Source: Octopus sinensis
Lineage: Eukaryota
DNA: 64,000 nucleotides
Assembly: GCF_006345805.1 (NCBI RefSeq)
Contig: NC_043006.1
Coordinates: forward strand, 96,162,001 to 96,226,000
Direction: 5' to 3'
Shown here: piece after piece, positions 53,559 through 64,000 of the stretch
Numbering within the stretch: the stretch's first letter is position 1
Layout: each line of letters opens with the position of its first letter
Position numbers and translations under genes: made by a program
Notes under the pieces: generated by a model
Seen by the model: the letters and a program-made list of their open reading frames with translations, nothing else
Told to the model about the DNA's origin: nothing
Database searches by the model: none

Positions 53559-53611
<53 letters not shown>

Positions 53612-54039
53612 TAGTAGTAGTAGTAGTAGTAGATAGAAAGTGCCAGATAATTGACTTTATAGACCCAAATCACGGAAAAATCAATATGAAAGTTATAGAA
53701 GAAGTAGCCAAATACCAGGACTTATCCATTGAATTTCAGGGACTAGGGAAAGTGTGGGTAAAATGTATCCCAGTAGTTATAGGTGCATTGGGAATTAACC
53801 TTAAATATCTGAATAGATGGGTAATAGTTGGGAAATAGGCATAAAACCCAGTTTTTTTTTACAGCTGCAGAAAACAGTGTTATTAGGGACAGCTAGAATA
53901 CTTGGACGGGTTCCCGGCATCAACAGTTACATGCTGTAACCCAATAGGAGGGTTCTTGGCATCTAAGGATACTTCTTGTAGTCCGATGTTAGGATTCGCT
54001 TCTTTTCCAATAGTCTAATATGTTGAGTGTAAATGAATG

Positions 54040-54045
<6 letters not shown>
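53285..54045 (+). pseudogene. Old R4/Dong-like family D, 3' fragment
   Basis: SHIVSECSMLGQKEYKKRQDNLGRAIHWELCRKLGF..RRPDLVVV..KYQDL..IPVVIGALG..LQKTVLLGTARIL. Confidence 0.85.
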
Positions 54046-54107
<62 letters not shown>

Positions 54108-54131
54108 TATAATAATAATAATAATAATAAT

Positions 54132-54678
54132 AAATGCCCTGATGCAGTACCAGGCAGTGGCTCTCATGGCTTCTGATCTTAACTGATTGGAAGTGTTATC
54201 ATGTACATTGTTTTGTCTTGGTATAAAAGATGGGCTACAGCAAATATTCTGCTCAATACCACAGATTTGCTTGTCAGTTGTTTGACCTTAACCAGTTGAG
54301 CATGTCCCTTACTGGCTGACGATATGTGCATCTCTGATCACGAGCAGAAGTAGTGGGGGAGCATCATAGCCATGTGTTGAGAGGGATTCTTTTGGGTTTG
54401 AATAATTCACCTCTGGAAACATGGGTGGTTCTTTCAACATCCTTAAACAACCCTTATTCAGAGACCGTTTGAGCGAGATGGGCTACTCAACCTGAAGAAA
54501 ATTCTAACTGCAAGGTCATGTGCTGTTTATCTTGATATGAGATCACCATGTCGCGCACATATGGTTGTGATGCATGTGCCTGGTGTACCTTTATCAGACG
54601 GGTAGTCATGATGGGTATATTGGACTTCGTATATTTTACCCCAGTGTCACCTTGATGGCATGAACTGCTCTCTCACTC
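54132..54678 (+). mobile_element. Element X, copy 3 (full length)
   Basis: (AAT)n-AAATGCCCTGATGCAGTACC...GCTCTCTCACTC-(TAA)n. Confidence 0.92.
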
Positions 54679-54714
54679 TATAATAATAATAATAATAATC
54701 ATAATAATAATAAC

Positions 54715-54762
<48 letters not shown>

Positions 54763-54811
54763 CATAATCATAATAACAATACTAATAATAATAATAACAA
54801 TAATAATAATG

Positions 54812-54893
<82 letters not shown>

Positions 54894-54918
54894 TAACAAT
54901 AACAATAATAATAATAAT

Positions 54919-55087
54919 TCTTTCTTTATTGGTCGCCAGGGCCGAACACAAAGCATAGAGGACGATACACAGACGAGAGAGAGTGAGGTTAAACGTGTAA
55001 ACAAACAACAAACAGAGATTAACGAAGAGATTACACCAACAGTATGCGTCTTCAATGAAGGGGAGTTCCATAGTAAGGTGGCCAAAA
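54919..55087 (-). mobile_element. Probable LINE 3'-UTR fragment, opposite orientation
   Basis: Minus strand ends GACCAATAAAGAAAGAA, like the SINE-B tail. Confidence 0.45.
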
Positions 55088-55147
<60 letters not shown>

Positions 55148-55170
55148 TAATAATAATAATAATAATAATG

Positions 55171-55200
<30 letters not shown>

Positions 55201-55201
<1 letters not shown>

Positions 55202-55990
55202 TACAGAAACAGAAACAGAAAGCAGAAACAGAGGGATTTTTAATTGCAGCACAAGACCAAAGCCTCCCCACCAGAAATTACCAAAAACATGTAATGAAAA
55301 GAAATATTACAAGTAACTGCAGAATATGTGGAGATGGACAAGAAACAATAAATCATATTATCTCTAGCTGCCCAGTCCTGGCTAAGAAGGAATATATTCA
55401 CAGACATGACAGAGTTGGAACCTACATACACTGGAAGCTATGCCAACATTATGGAATAACAACAGAAAAAAGATGGTATAGGCACACACCAGAAAAGGTT
55501 ACAGAAAACGAGAAAGCAACAATACTCTGGGATATGCCGATACACACGAAGATAGAAAATATAAGGCCAACAGACCAGAATATAGTTGTCAGAGATCATG
55601 AAGAAAAAAAATGCTTTCTAATTGATGTATCAATACCGGCAGATGACAACGTGTCTCTAAAAGAAATGGAGAAACTCTCAAAATACAAAGACCTGGAAAT
55701 AGAGGTAACTAGAATGTGGAATCTGAAAACAGAAACAATTCCTATCATAGTAGGTGCATTAGGCATGATAAAAAAATATTCAGACAAATACATAACAAAA
55801 ACACCAGGACTTACAAACACATATATCATACAGAAAATTGCACTACTAGGCACTGCACACATCCTACGCAGAGCACTTTCCATACAATAACCATCAGAGC
55901 ATCACAACAAATCACAGCACATACCCAAGGCACACAGAGCTGTGCTCGGTAGTGAAGTGAAAGCACGCTATAAAAATAAAACTACTGAAT
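55201..55990 (+). mobile_element. R4/Dong-like family A, 3' fragment
   Basis: ORF 55078-55890 carries the CCHC knuckle and REL motifs; A-type 3' UTR. A family-B tail scrap follows at ~56010-56058. Confidence 0.93.
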
Positions 55991-56079
55991 AATAATAATG
56001 ATAATGATAAGACACTCGGCAAGAAATGGAAGCAAATTTGAAAGAAGAAAAAAAAAATAATAATAATAATAATAATAAT

Positions 56080-56633
56080 AAATGCCCTGATGCAGTACCA
56101 GGCAGTGGCTCTCATGGCTTCTGATCTTAACTGATTGGAAGTGTTATCATGTACATTGTTTTGTCTTGGTATAAAAGATGGGCTACTGCAAATATTCTGC
56201 TCAATACCACAGATTTGCTTGTCAGTTGTTTGATCTTAACCAGTTGAGCATGTCCCTTAGTGGCTGACGATATGTGCATCTCTGATCACGAGCAGAAGTA
56301 GTGGGGGAGCATCACAGCCATGTGTTGAGAGGGATTCTTTGGGTTTGAATAATTCACCTCTGGAAACATGGGTGGTTCTTTCAACATCCTTAAACAACCC
56401 TTATTCAGGGACCTTTTGAGCGAGATGGGCTCCTCAACCTGAAGAAAATTCTAACTGGGCCCCACCTGCAAGGTCATGTGCTGTTATTTTGATATGAGAT
56501 CACCATGGCGCACATATGGTTGTGATGCATGTGCCTGGTGTACCCTTATCAGACGGGTAGTCATGATGGGTATATTGGGCTTCGTATATTTTACCCCAGT
56601 GTCACTTTGATGGCATGAACTGCTCTCTCACTC
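56080..56633 (+). mobile_element. Element X, copy 4 (full length)
   Basis: Same termini as copy 3. Confidence 0.92.
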
Positions 56634-56649
56634 AATAATAATAATAATG

Positions 56650-56686
<37 letters not shown>

Positions 56687-56760
56687 GAAGAAGAAGAAGA
56701 AGAAAGAAGAAGAAGAAGAAGAAGAAGAAGAAGAAGAAGGATGATAATGATAAGAAGAAA

Positions 56761-56801
<41 letters not shown>

Positions 56802-56811
56802 GATGATGATG

Positions 56812-56869
<58 letters not shown>

Positions 56870-56897
56870 GATGATAATAGTAATAATAGTAACCCAT

Positions 56898-57103
56898 TAC
56901 TCGACCAGAAGAAAATTCTAACTGGGCCCCACCTGCAAGGTGATGTGCTGTTTATCTTGATATGAGATCACCATGTCGCACACATATGGTTGTGATGCAT
57001 GTGCCTGGTGTACCCTTATCAGACGGGTAGTCATGATGGGTATACTGGGCTTCGTATATTTTACCCCAGTGTCACTTTGATTGCATGAACTGCTCTCTCA
57101 CTC
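56898..57103 (+). mobile_element. Element X, copy 5 (3' ~200 bp only)
   Basis: Starts at TACTCGACCAGAAGAAAATTC; ends CTCTCTCACTC-AATAATAAT. Confidence 0.9.
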
Positions 57104-57244
57104 AATAATAATGGATTCAAATTTTGCCACAGGGGTAGACATTTTAGGTGAGAGAACGAGTCGATTACATCGAACCCAATGTTCAACTTGTACTTTATCG
57201 ATGCGGAAAGGATGAAAGGCAAAGTTGCCTGGCAATTATAATAA

Positions 57245-59355
57245 TAATAAACGCAGACACGACAAGGTAACGCAGAACCTTCACTGGCTACTAAGCATGA
57301 ACAACACAAGCAGCTGTGTTCAGTCTTTAAAGAACCTGACGAATACCAAAAAGAAGCCATAGTACTTAACGACTATGAAGAAAAATTCGAAACAACAAAA
57401 GCTGTAAAACAACTGAAATCCAAACTAAAACTGGAACAGCAACGGATCATGATAAAGCAATGGCAAGAACAGCACCCTCATGACAAATATCGGGTTAAGC
57501 TAAATAGAAAAGAAGTAGACAAAGCAAAATCCCGAGCTGAGGGCTCAAAACAGAGACTGACTGAAGGATTTTTAATTGAAGCACACGATCAAAGCTTTCC
57601 CACCAGAAATTACCAAAAAGCATATAATGAACAGAAGCGTAACAAGTAATTGCAGACGTAACAAGTATGTGTGTGGTGGACAAGAAACAATAAATCATAT
57701 TGTCTCTGGTTGCCCAGTTCCGGTTCAGAAGGAATATATTCACAGACACGACATATTTGGGACCTAAAGGAGTTGGACAAATTATTGAAACACCTAGCAT
57801 CACAGCATCGTAATTTTGAAATATCTATAAAACCGTTAAAAGCTTGTTTATTTTTATGTTATTTGATTTATTATTAGGTTTTGCTAAAATTGCTGTTTCT
57901 TTTCAGATATCATCAGAAAATGTAGTTGAAATTCATTAAAATGACTGATCTATCAGACTTTCAAAGCGGTCAAATTGTTGGTGCTCGTATGGTATGTGCT
58001 AGCATAACGAAAACAACCGAAGTACTGCCTCGGAAGTAATGACAGCCTTTGAAAAAGAGGGAAAAACCTCCTCGTGGAAAAAAAACTCCGCAAGAAAACC
58101 AAAACTTTCAGTTAGGGACCGTCGGATTCTTACACGAATTGTTAGAAAGGATCACAAAAGTACAGCTCCCAAAATTAGTGCATAGCTTACTGACCACCTC
58201 GAGAACCCAGTTTCCACAAAAAAACTTTTCGCCGGGAGTAAAAGCCTACGGAATTGGTCCCTGGAGCAGTTGAAGAATGTTATTTTCTCGGACGAGTCAT
58301 CCTTTACCGTATTTCCGTCCATCGGCCGAGTATGCGTGTGGAGACAGCCAAAAGAAACATTTGACCCAGACTGCCGTCTTCCAGCTGTTAAACATGAAGG
58401 AGGATCTGCGATGATCTGGGGGAGGGGCTATATCCCGGAAATCCACTGGCCAATGGTTTCCCTTCATGGCAGAATTAATAATCAAGACTATTTATGCATT
58501 TTATCTGATCAAATTCATCCTATGGTTGCAGAACTGTTTCCGGGGGGAAACGGAATCTATCAAGATGATAATGCACCAATTCACACAGCTAAAGTTGTTA
58601 CTGAAAGGCACGAGGAACATTCTAGTGAAGCTGAACATCTTATCTGGCCGCCACAGTTCCCAGATCTCAACATTATTGAACATTTATCCACCATCATCAC
58701 TACAAGAACTGTAACTACTTTCAAAGGCGGTCCTACCCATATCGAAATAAATTTGTTTAAAATTTTAAGGTGTTTCCATTATTTTGTCCAACCTCCTTTA
58801 TATACACTGGAAGTTATGCTCACTCTATAGAATAACAGCAGAAAAAAGATGGTATAGTCACACACCAGAAAAGGTCACAGAAAGTCAAAAAACAACCATA
58901 CTGTGGGGTATGCCAATACACATAGATAGAGAAATTAAGGTCAACATGACGGATATGGTTGTCTGAGATCACCAAGAAAAAAATGCTTTCTAATTGATGT
59001 ATCAATACCAACAGATGACAATGTTTCTCTAAAAGAAACAGAGAAACTTTTATAGTACGAACATCTGGAAACAGAGTTAACTCGAATATGGACTCTAAGA
59101 ACAGAAACTATTCCTATCAAAGTAGGCGCATTAGGTTTGATGAAAAAATATTCAGTCAAATGCATAACAGAAATACCAGGACTAACAAGTATATATAACA
59201 CAGAAAATAGCACTACTAGGCACTGCACACATCCTACGCAAAGCATTTCCAGTAAAGTAACAATAAGAGCATCACAACAAACCACAGCACATACCCAAAG
59301 CTCACAGAGCTGCAGTGAAAGCACGTGATAAAATAAAAATAAGACTACTGAATCA
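57245..59355 (+). pseudogene. Older family-A-like LINE copy interrupted by a Tc1 element
   Basis: LINE coding resumes across the insertion: GGGACC-TA[Tc1]TA-TATACACTGGAAG. Confidence 0.85.
57767..58798 (+). mobile_element. Tc1-family transposon with DD36E spacing (Incomer-like), internally deleted
   Basis: Short TIRs (GGTTGGACAAAATAATGGAAACACCT-like), TA TSD; ATG at 57941; VIFSDESSF, KHEGGSAMIWG, QDDNAPIH-(36)-DLNIIEHL. Confidence 0.88.
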
Positions 59356-59356
59356 T

Positions 59357-59876
59357 AAATGCCCTAATGCAGTACCAGGCAGTGGCTCTCATGGCTTACC
59401 TTAAGTAATTGTAAGTCTTATACTTTGTCTTCGTATAAAAGATGTGCTACAGCAAATATTCTACTCAATTCCACAGATTTGCTTGTGAGTTGTTTGACCT
59501 TAACCAGTTGAACATGTCCCTTAGTGGCTGACGATTTGGGCATCTCAGATCACAAGCAGGAGTGGGGGAGCATCATAGCTATGTGTTGAGAAGAATTCAC
59601 CTCTGGAAACATGGGTGGTTCTTTCAACATCCTTAAACAAACCTTATTGAGGAATCTTTTGAGCTGAATGAGATACTCGACATGAAGAAAATTCTTAGTG
59701 AGCCCCACCTGCAAGGTCATGCGCTCTTAATCTCGATATGAGATCTCCATGTCGCGCACACTTGGTTATGATGCCTATGCCGGGTGTACCCTTGTCAAAC
59801 AGGTACGCATGATGGGTTTACTGGGTTTCGTATATTTTACCCCAGTGCCACTTTCATAGCATGCACTGCTCTCCCT
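59357..59876 (+). mobile_element. Element X, copy 6 (both ends present, more diverged)
   Basis: AAATGCCCTAATGCAGTACC...GCTCTCCCT-(TAA)n. Confidence 0.9.
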
Positions 59877-59878
59877 TA

Positions 59879-59969
<91 letters not shown>

Positions 59970-59989
59970 TAATAATAATAATAGTAATA

Positions 59990-60054
<65 letters not shown>

Positions 60055-60055
<1 letters not shown>

Positions 60056-62109
60056 GGGTTCATATGGCTGTAAAGATCAACTAATGATTAATAAAGCCGT
60101 AACTGAAGACAGCCACAGAAAGAAGAAAGGCCTCAGTATGGCCTGGATTGACTACAAAAAGGCGTTTGATAGCATCCCCCACACATGGATCCTCGAAACA
60201 CTAGCCATTAACAAAGTAGCACCAACAATCATAAAATTCATAGAGCACTCTATGAATAAATGGCAAACAGTCCTACACCTCCAAACAAAAGAGGGACTCA
60301 TGAAAACCAAAGACATCTCCATTAGAAGAGGAATATTCCAGGGAGACACGCTCTCTCCACTCCTTTTCTGCTTGGCACTGTCACCTCTATCTGATATACT
60401 AAATAGAACTGGATGCGGATATAAATGTTACGGCAAAACGATCAGCCACCTTTTATATATGGATGACCTAAAACTATACGCTGCAAATGACAAACAGCTG
60501 GAAACACTATTAAAGACAGTTCATGGATTTACCAAAGAAATAGATATGAAATTTGGATTAGAAAAATGCGCCAAAGTAACCATGAAAAGAGGAAAACTAG
60601 TTAAGAGTAACAACATCAGACTAGATAAAACCAATGAAATAAAAGAATTAGACCAAAGCCAAACTTACAAATACTTAGGAATCCATGAACTAGATAATAC
60701 ACAACACACACAAATGAAATAAAAAATAAAAAAAGAATATTATAGACGAGTTAGATCAATACTAAAAAACAGAGCTCAATGCTAAAAACAAGATAATAGG
60801 TATCAACACTTTAGCTGTCCCAGTTATAAGTTACAGCTACAATATCCTTAACTGGACACGAAATGAACTGTCCAAAATAGATAGGAAAACAACAAAAATA
60901 CTGACAGGATCTAGGATGCATCAACCAAAATCTGACATAGAAAGACTATATATACAACGTATAGAAGGTGGTAGAGGCCTTATACAGCTGGAAAACTACT
61001 ATAAAATAACCACCATAGGACTGCAAAAATACCTACTTCAGAAGGAAGGAAAACTGATCCAGATAGCAGCAAAACACGAGCAAAACAAAAAACTGTTCTC
61101 AGTATTTAAGGAAGCTGACAAATACAAACAAGAAATCTTACCACCTAATAAACACAAAGAAGAAGAAGAAGATGATGAAGAAACAACAAAAGCTACAAAA
61201 CAAATGAAATCCAAACTAAAAATAGAACAGCAACGAGCCATGATAAAACGATGGCAGAAAAACCACTTCATGGTAAATACTGCACTAAACTAAACGCAAA
61301 AGAAATAGACAAAGAAAAATCCCAGCAATGGTTGAGAAGCTCAGGACTCAAAGCAGAAACAGAGGGATTTTTAATTGCAGCACAAGACCAAAGCCTCCCC
61401 ACCAGAATTACCAAAAACATGTAATGAAAAGAAATATTACAAGTAACTGCACAATATGTGGAGATGGACAAGAAACAATAAATCATATTATCTCTAGCTG
61501 CCCAGTCCTGGCTAAGAAGGAATATATTCACAGACATGACAGAGTTGGAACCTACATACATTGGAAGCTATGCCAATATTATGGTATAACAACAGAAAAA
61601 AGATGGTATAGGCACACACCAGAAAAGGTCACAGAAAACGAGAAAGCAACCATACTCTGGGATATGCCGATACACACAGATAGAGAAATTAAGGCCAACA
61701 GACCAGATATAGTTTTCAGAGATCATGAAGAAAAAATGCTTTCTAATTGATGTATCAATACCGGCAGATGACAACGTGTCTCTAAAAGAAATGGAGAAAC
61801 TCTCAAAATACAAAGACCTGGAAATAGAGGTAACTAGAATGTGGAACCTGAAAACAGAAACAATTCCTATCATAGTAGGTGCATTAGGCATGATAAAAAA
61901 ATATTCAGACAAATACATAGCAAAAACACCAGGACTTACAAACACATATAATATACAGAAAATTACACTACTAGGCACTGCACACATCTTATGCAGAACA
62001 CTTTCCATACAATAACCATCAGAGCATCACAACAAATCACTGCACATACCCAAGGCACACAGAGCTGTGCTCGGTAGTGAAGTGAAAGCACGCTATAAAA
62101 ATAAAACTA

Positions 62110-62114
<5 letters not shown>
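60055..62114 (+). mobile_element. R4/Dong-like family A, longest copy, 5'-truncated in RT, frameshifted
   Basis: AWIDYKKAFDSIPH, GIFQGDTLSPLLF, YMDDLKLY, CCHC knuckle, RPDIV; (AAT)n both sides. Confidence 0.96.
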
Positions 62115-62177
<63 letters not shown>

Positions 62178-62757
62178 GAGCACTCAGCGCAAACTCAAGG
62201 AAACACCAACGTCCTCTCAACAATTAGCCTGAGATGCTTTTGAAAATGACAATAAACCCGACTTCTCTCACGAACAAGAATGCTAAAAATTAACCCGATC
62301 GTTCTTAAACATTCAGTGAAATACATGGAAAAATAATCCAAAATCCTTGTTCGGTACCTCTTCGATCTCAATGGTAGTTATGGATGTGTTACCGCTACTG
62401 TTTATACGATGTGTTACCGCTACTGTTTATAATTCGCTCTGAGAGTTATCATTGTTTGATTTCACTTTTTCAATATCAGTGTCAATCGACACTGGAAAAA
62501 GTATATGTATTTGTGAAGGGAGCTGACTTCTCGTCGACAACCATGATTGTCACACGCTGATAAGAGGTAAACACCTTGAAACTCGAGTCCGTGTGTATCA
62601 TGAGTTGAAGATGGGGAGGATGACTCCCCTTCCCAAATACTGAAAGGACACAGATAGTGTGTCTATAGCCAGCTGGAGGAGATATCTTCCTGGGGCACAA
62701 ACTACAGTAGCATCCACCCTTAGGGGTTAGCCATATTCAAATGGCAATATGCGTCAC

Positions 62758-62816
<59 letters not shown>

Positions 62817-63265
62817 ATATATACACATGTATTATATGTATATTTTATATATTTATTGTTGCATTTCAGGACGGTCAATTTTTTTGCCAAATAAATACAC
62901 GCACTGTATAATTTCCTTCACTCGTTTACTACTGTTCTTATTTTATTATTTCCACAGATGTCCATTCTCCGGACAATGGACATGAGTTAAAATAATACAA
63001 TAAGAACGGTAATAAACGAGTGAAGTAAATATATATAGTACGTGTGTTTATTTCGTAAAAAAAAATAACCATCCCTAAATACAACAATATCCGTTTCAAC
63101 ACACGATTCCACACCACGTATCTTGCAACACAAATTTATATATTTATATATGCCTATTAACATATGTATGTCTACATGTGTGTGTTGTATGTATGTATAT
63201 CAGTCGCCATGATAGATCGGTAGCGACTATACACATTTTTTTCTCTCCTTGTAATTTATGTGTCC

Positions 63266-63300
63266 CTTTCTGTAGAAGAGCGTAGGCTCGAAACATAAAG
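63266..63300 (+). ncRNA. Hammerhead motif with U at position 6, in a PLE-like tail (~63200-63390)
   Basis: CUUU-CUGUAGA-A-GAGC-guag-GCUC-GAAAC-AUA-AAG; same family as 35725-35760. Confidence 0.65.
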
Positions 63301-63421
63301 AACCTTTTTCAATTCCGGAGCGTTATAATAATACATCTGTTTGTTTTATGCACCACCTGTCTTCGTCTTTTATTTGTTTCGTGAACTCTTCCTATATATA
63401 TATATATATATATAGTATATA

Positions 63422-63500
<79 letters not shown>

Positions 63501-63553
63501 AGAAACAAAACGGAAAATACGCACACTTACATGGTTATAGTATAATTTTTAAT

Positions 63554-63588
63554 GTATCGACCGGTTTCGCAATCGCTATTCATGATAC
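63554..63588 (-). ncRNA. Hammerhead-topology motif, A3:U8 variant (left arm)
   Basis: GUAUC-AUGAAUA-GC-gauu-GC-GAAACCG-GUC^GAUAC. Confidence 0.65.
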
Positions 63589-63616
63589 AATGTTTAATTC
63601 AATAAATTAAACATTG

Positions 63617-63649
63617 TATCATGAATAGCGATTGCGAAACCGGTCGATA
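63617..63649 (+). ncRNA. Hammerhead-topology motif, A3:U8 variant (right arm)
   Basis: UAUC-AUGAAUA-GC-gauu-GC-GAAACCG-GUC^GAUA. Confidence 0.62.
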
Positions 63650-63765
63650 AATTAAAAATTATACTATAACCATGTAAGTGTGCGTATTTTCCGTTTTTTT
63701 TTCTTCTTATATACATTACAATCCACCACGTGGGGACAACCGAAATTCCTCTTTTCTTTTACTAC

Positions 63766-63801
<36 letters not shown>

Positions 63802-64000
63802 ATATATATATATGCATATATATAAATCGATCAACAATCAAGCATTAAGCAATCGAACTTGAAAAATAGCAACAAGAAGACAAGAAGACGTACACATGGA
63901 GTGTCTTAATTTAACACTGAGTGGAAAGAAGAGTAGGTTTTTGACGTTTCTAGCATAATTACATAATTCAGTCGGCACAATCAGGATTTCATCTAAGGTG

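Larger units (their letters stand above)
63499..63710. repeat. Near-perfect ~200-bp palindrome, 5-nt loop, within (TA)n
   Basis: Arms ~63507-63599 and 63605-63697; one internal mismatch seen. Confidence 0.97.

Noticed and set aside
56262-56325. CTGACGA box inside element X as a hammerhead
   Set aside because: No stem II directly after the box, no GAAA, and no NUH before the candidate stem I.
56470-56633. HDV-like ribozyme on the reverse strand of X (P4-like GCACAT/ATGTGC, GCGAC, P2-like CATCATG/CATGGTG)
   Set aside because: P3/L3 and P1 cannot be arranged in canonical order; kept only as a sign of structure.

Overview
AT-rich eukaryotic DNA, dense in microsatellites and almost entirely repeat-derived. 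The repeat families suggest a cephalopod (Octopus-like) genome; this is inference from pattern recognition, not a database hit. No host gene exon, rRNA, true tRNA gene or CRISPR array could be supported, and most listed ORFs are microsatellite read-throughs. Identifiable content: (1) R4/Dong-like restriction-endonuclease LINE fragments of several families, stacked co-oriented in (TAA)n tracts with six copies of a ~550-bp non-coding element; (2) Tc1/mariner relics (Hsmar1-like mariner, a second mariner, an IR/DR DD34E Tc1, a DD36E Tc1 family); (3) a non-autonomous Helitron; (4) tRNA-derived SINEs; (5) CR1/L2 relics; (6) many Penelope-like element (PLE) remnants with GIY-YIG fragments, fold-back palindromes and about 15 minimal type I hammerhead ribozyme (HHR) motifs. 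Main result: different PLE-like families here carry all four Watson-Crick versions of the hammerhead 3:8 core pair (C:G, U:A, A:U, G:C). The three non-canonical ones sit in near-perfect palindromes and would be missed by a CUGANGA search. Also notable: a PLE-like insertion with a tRNA-type Pol III promoter upstream of its HHR, and the (TAA)n-associated non-coding element. All ribozyme calls are manual structural predictions; activity is untested.
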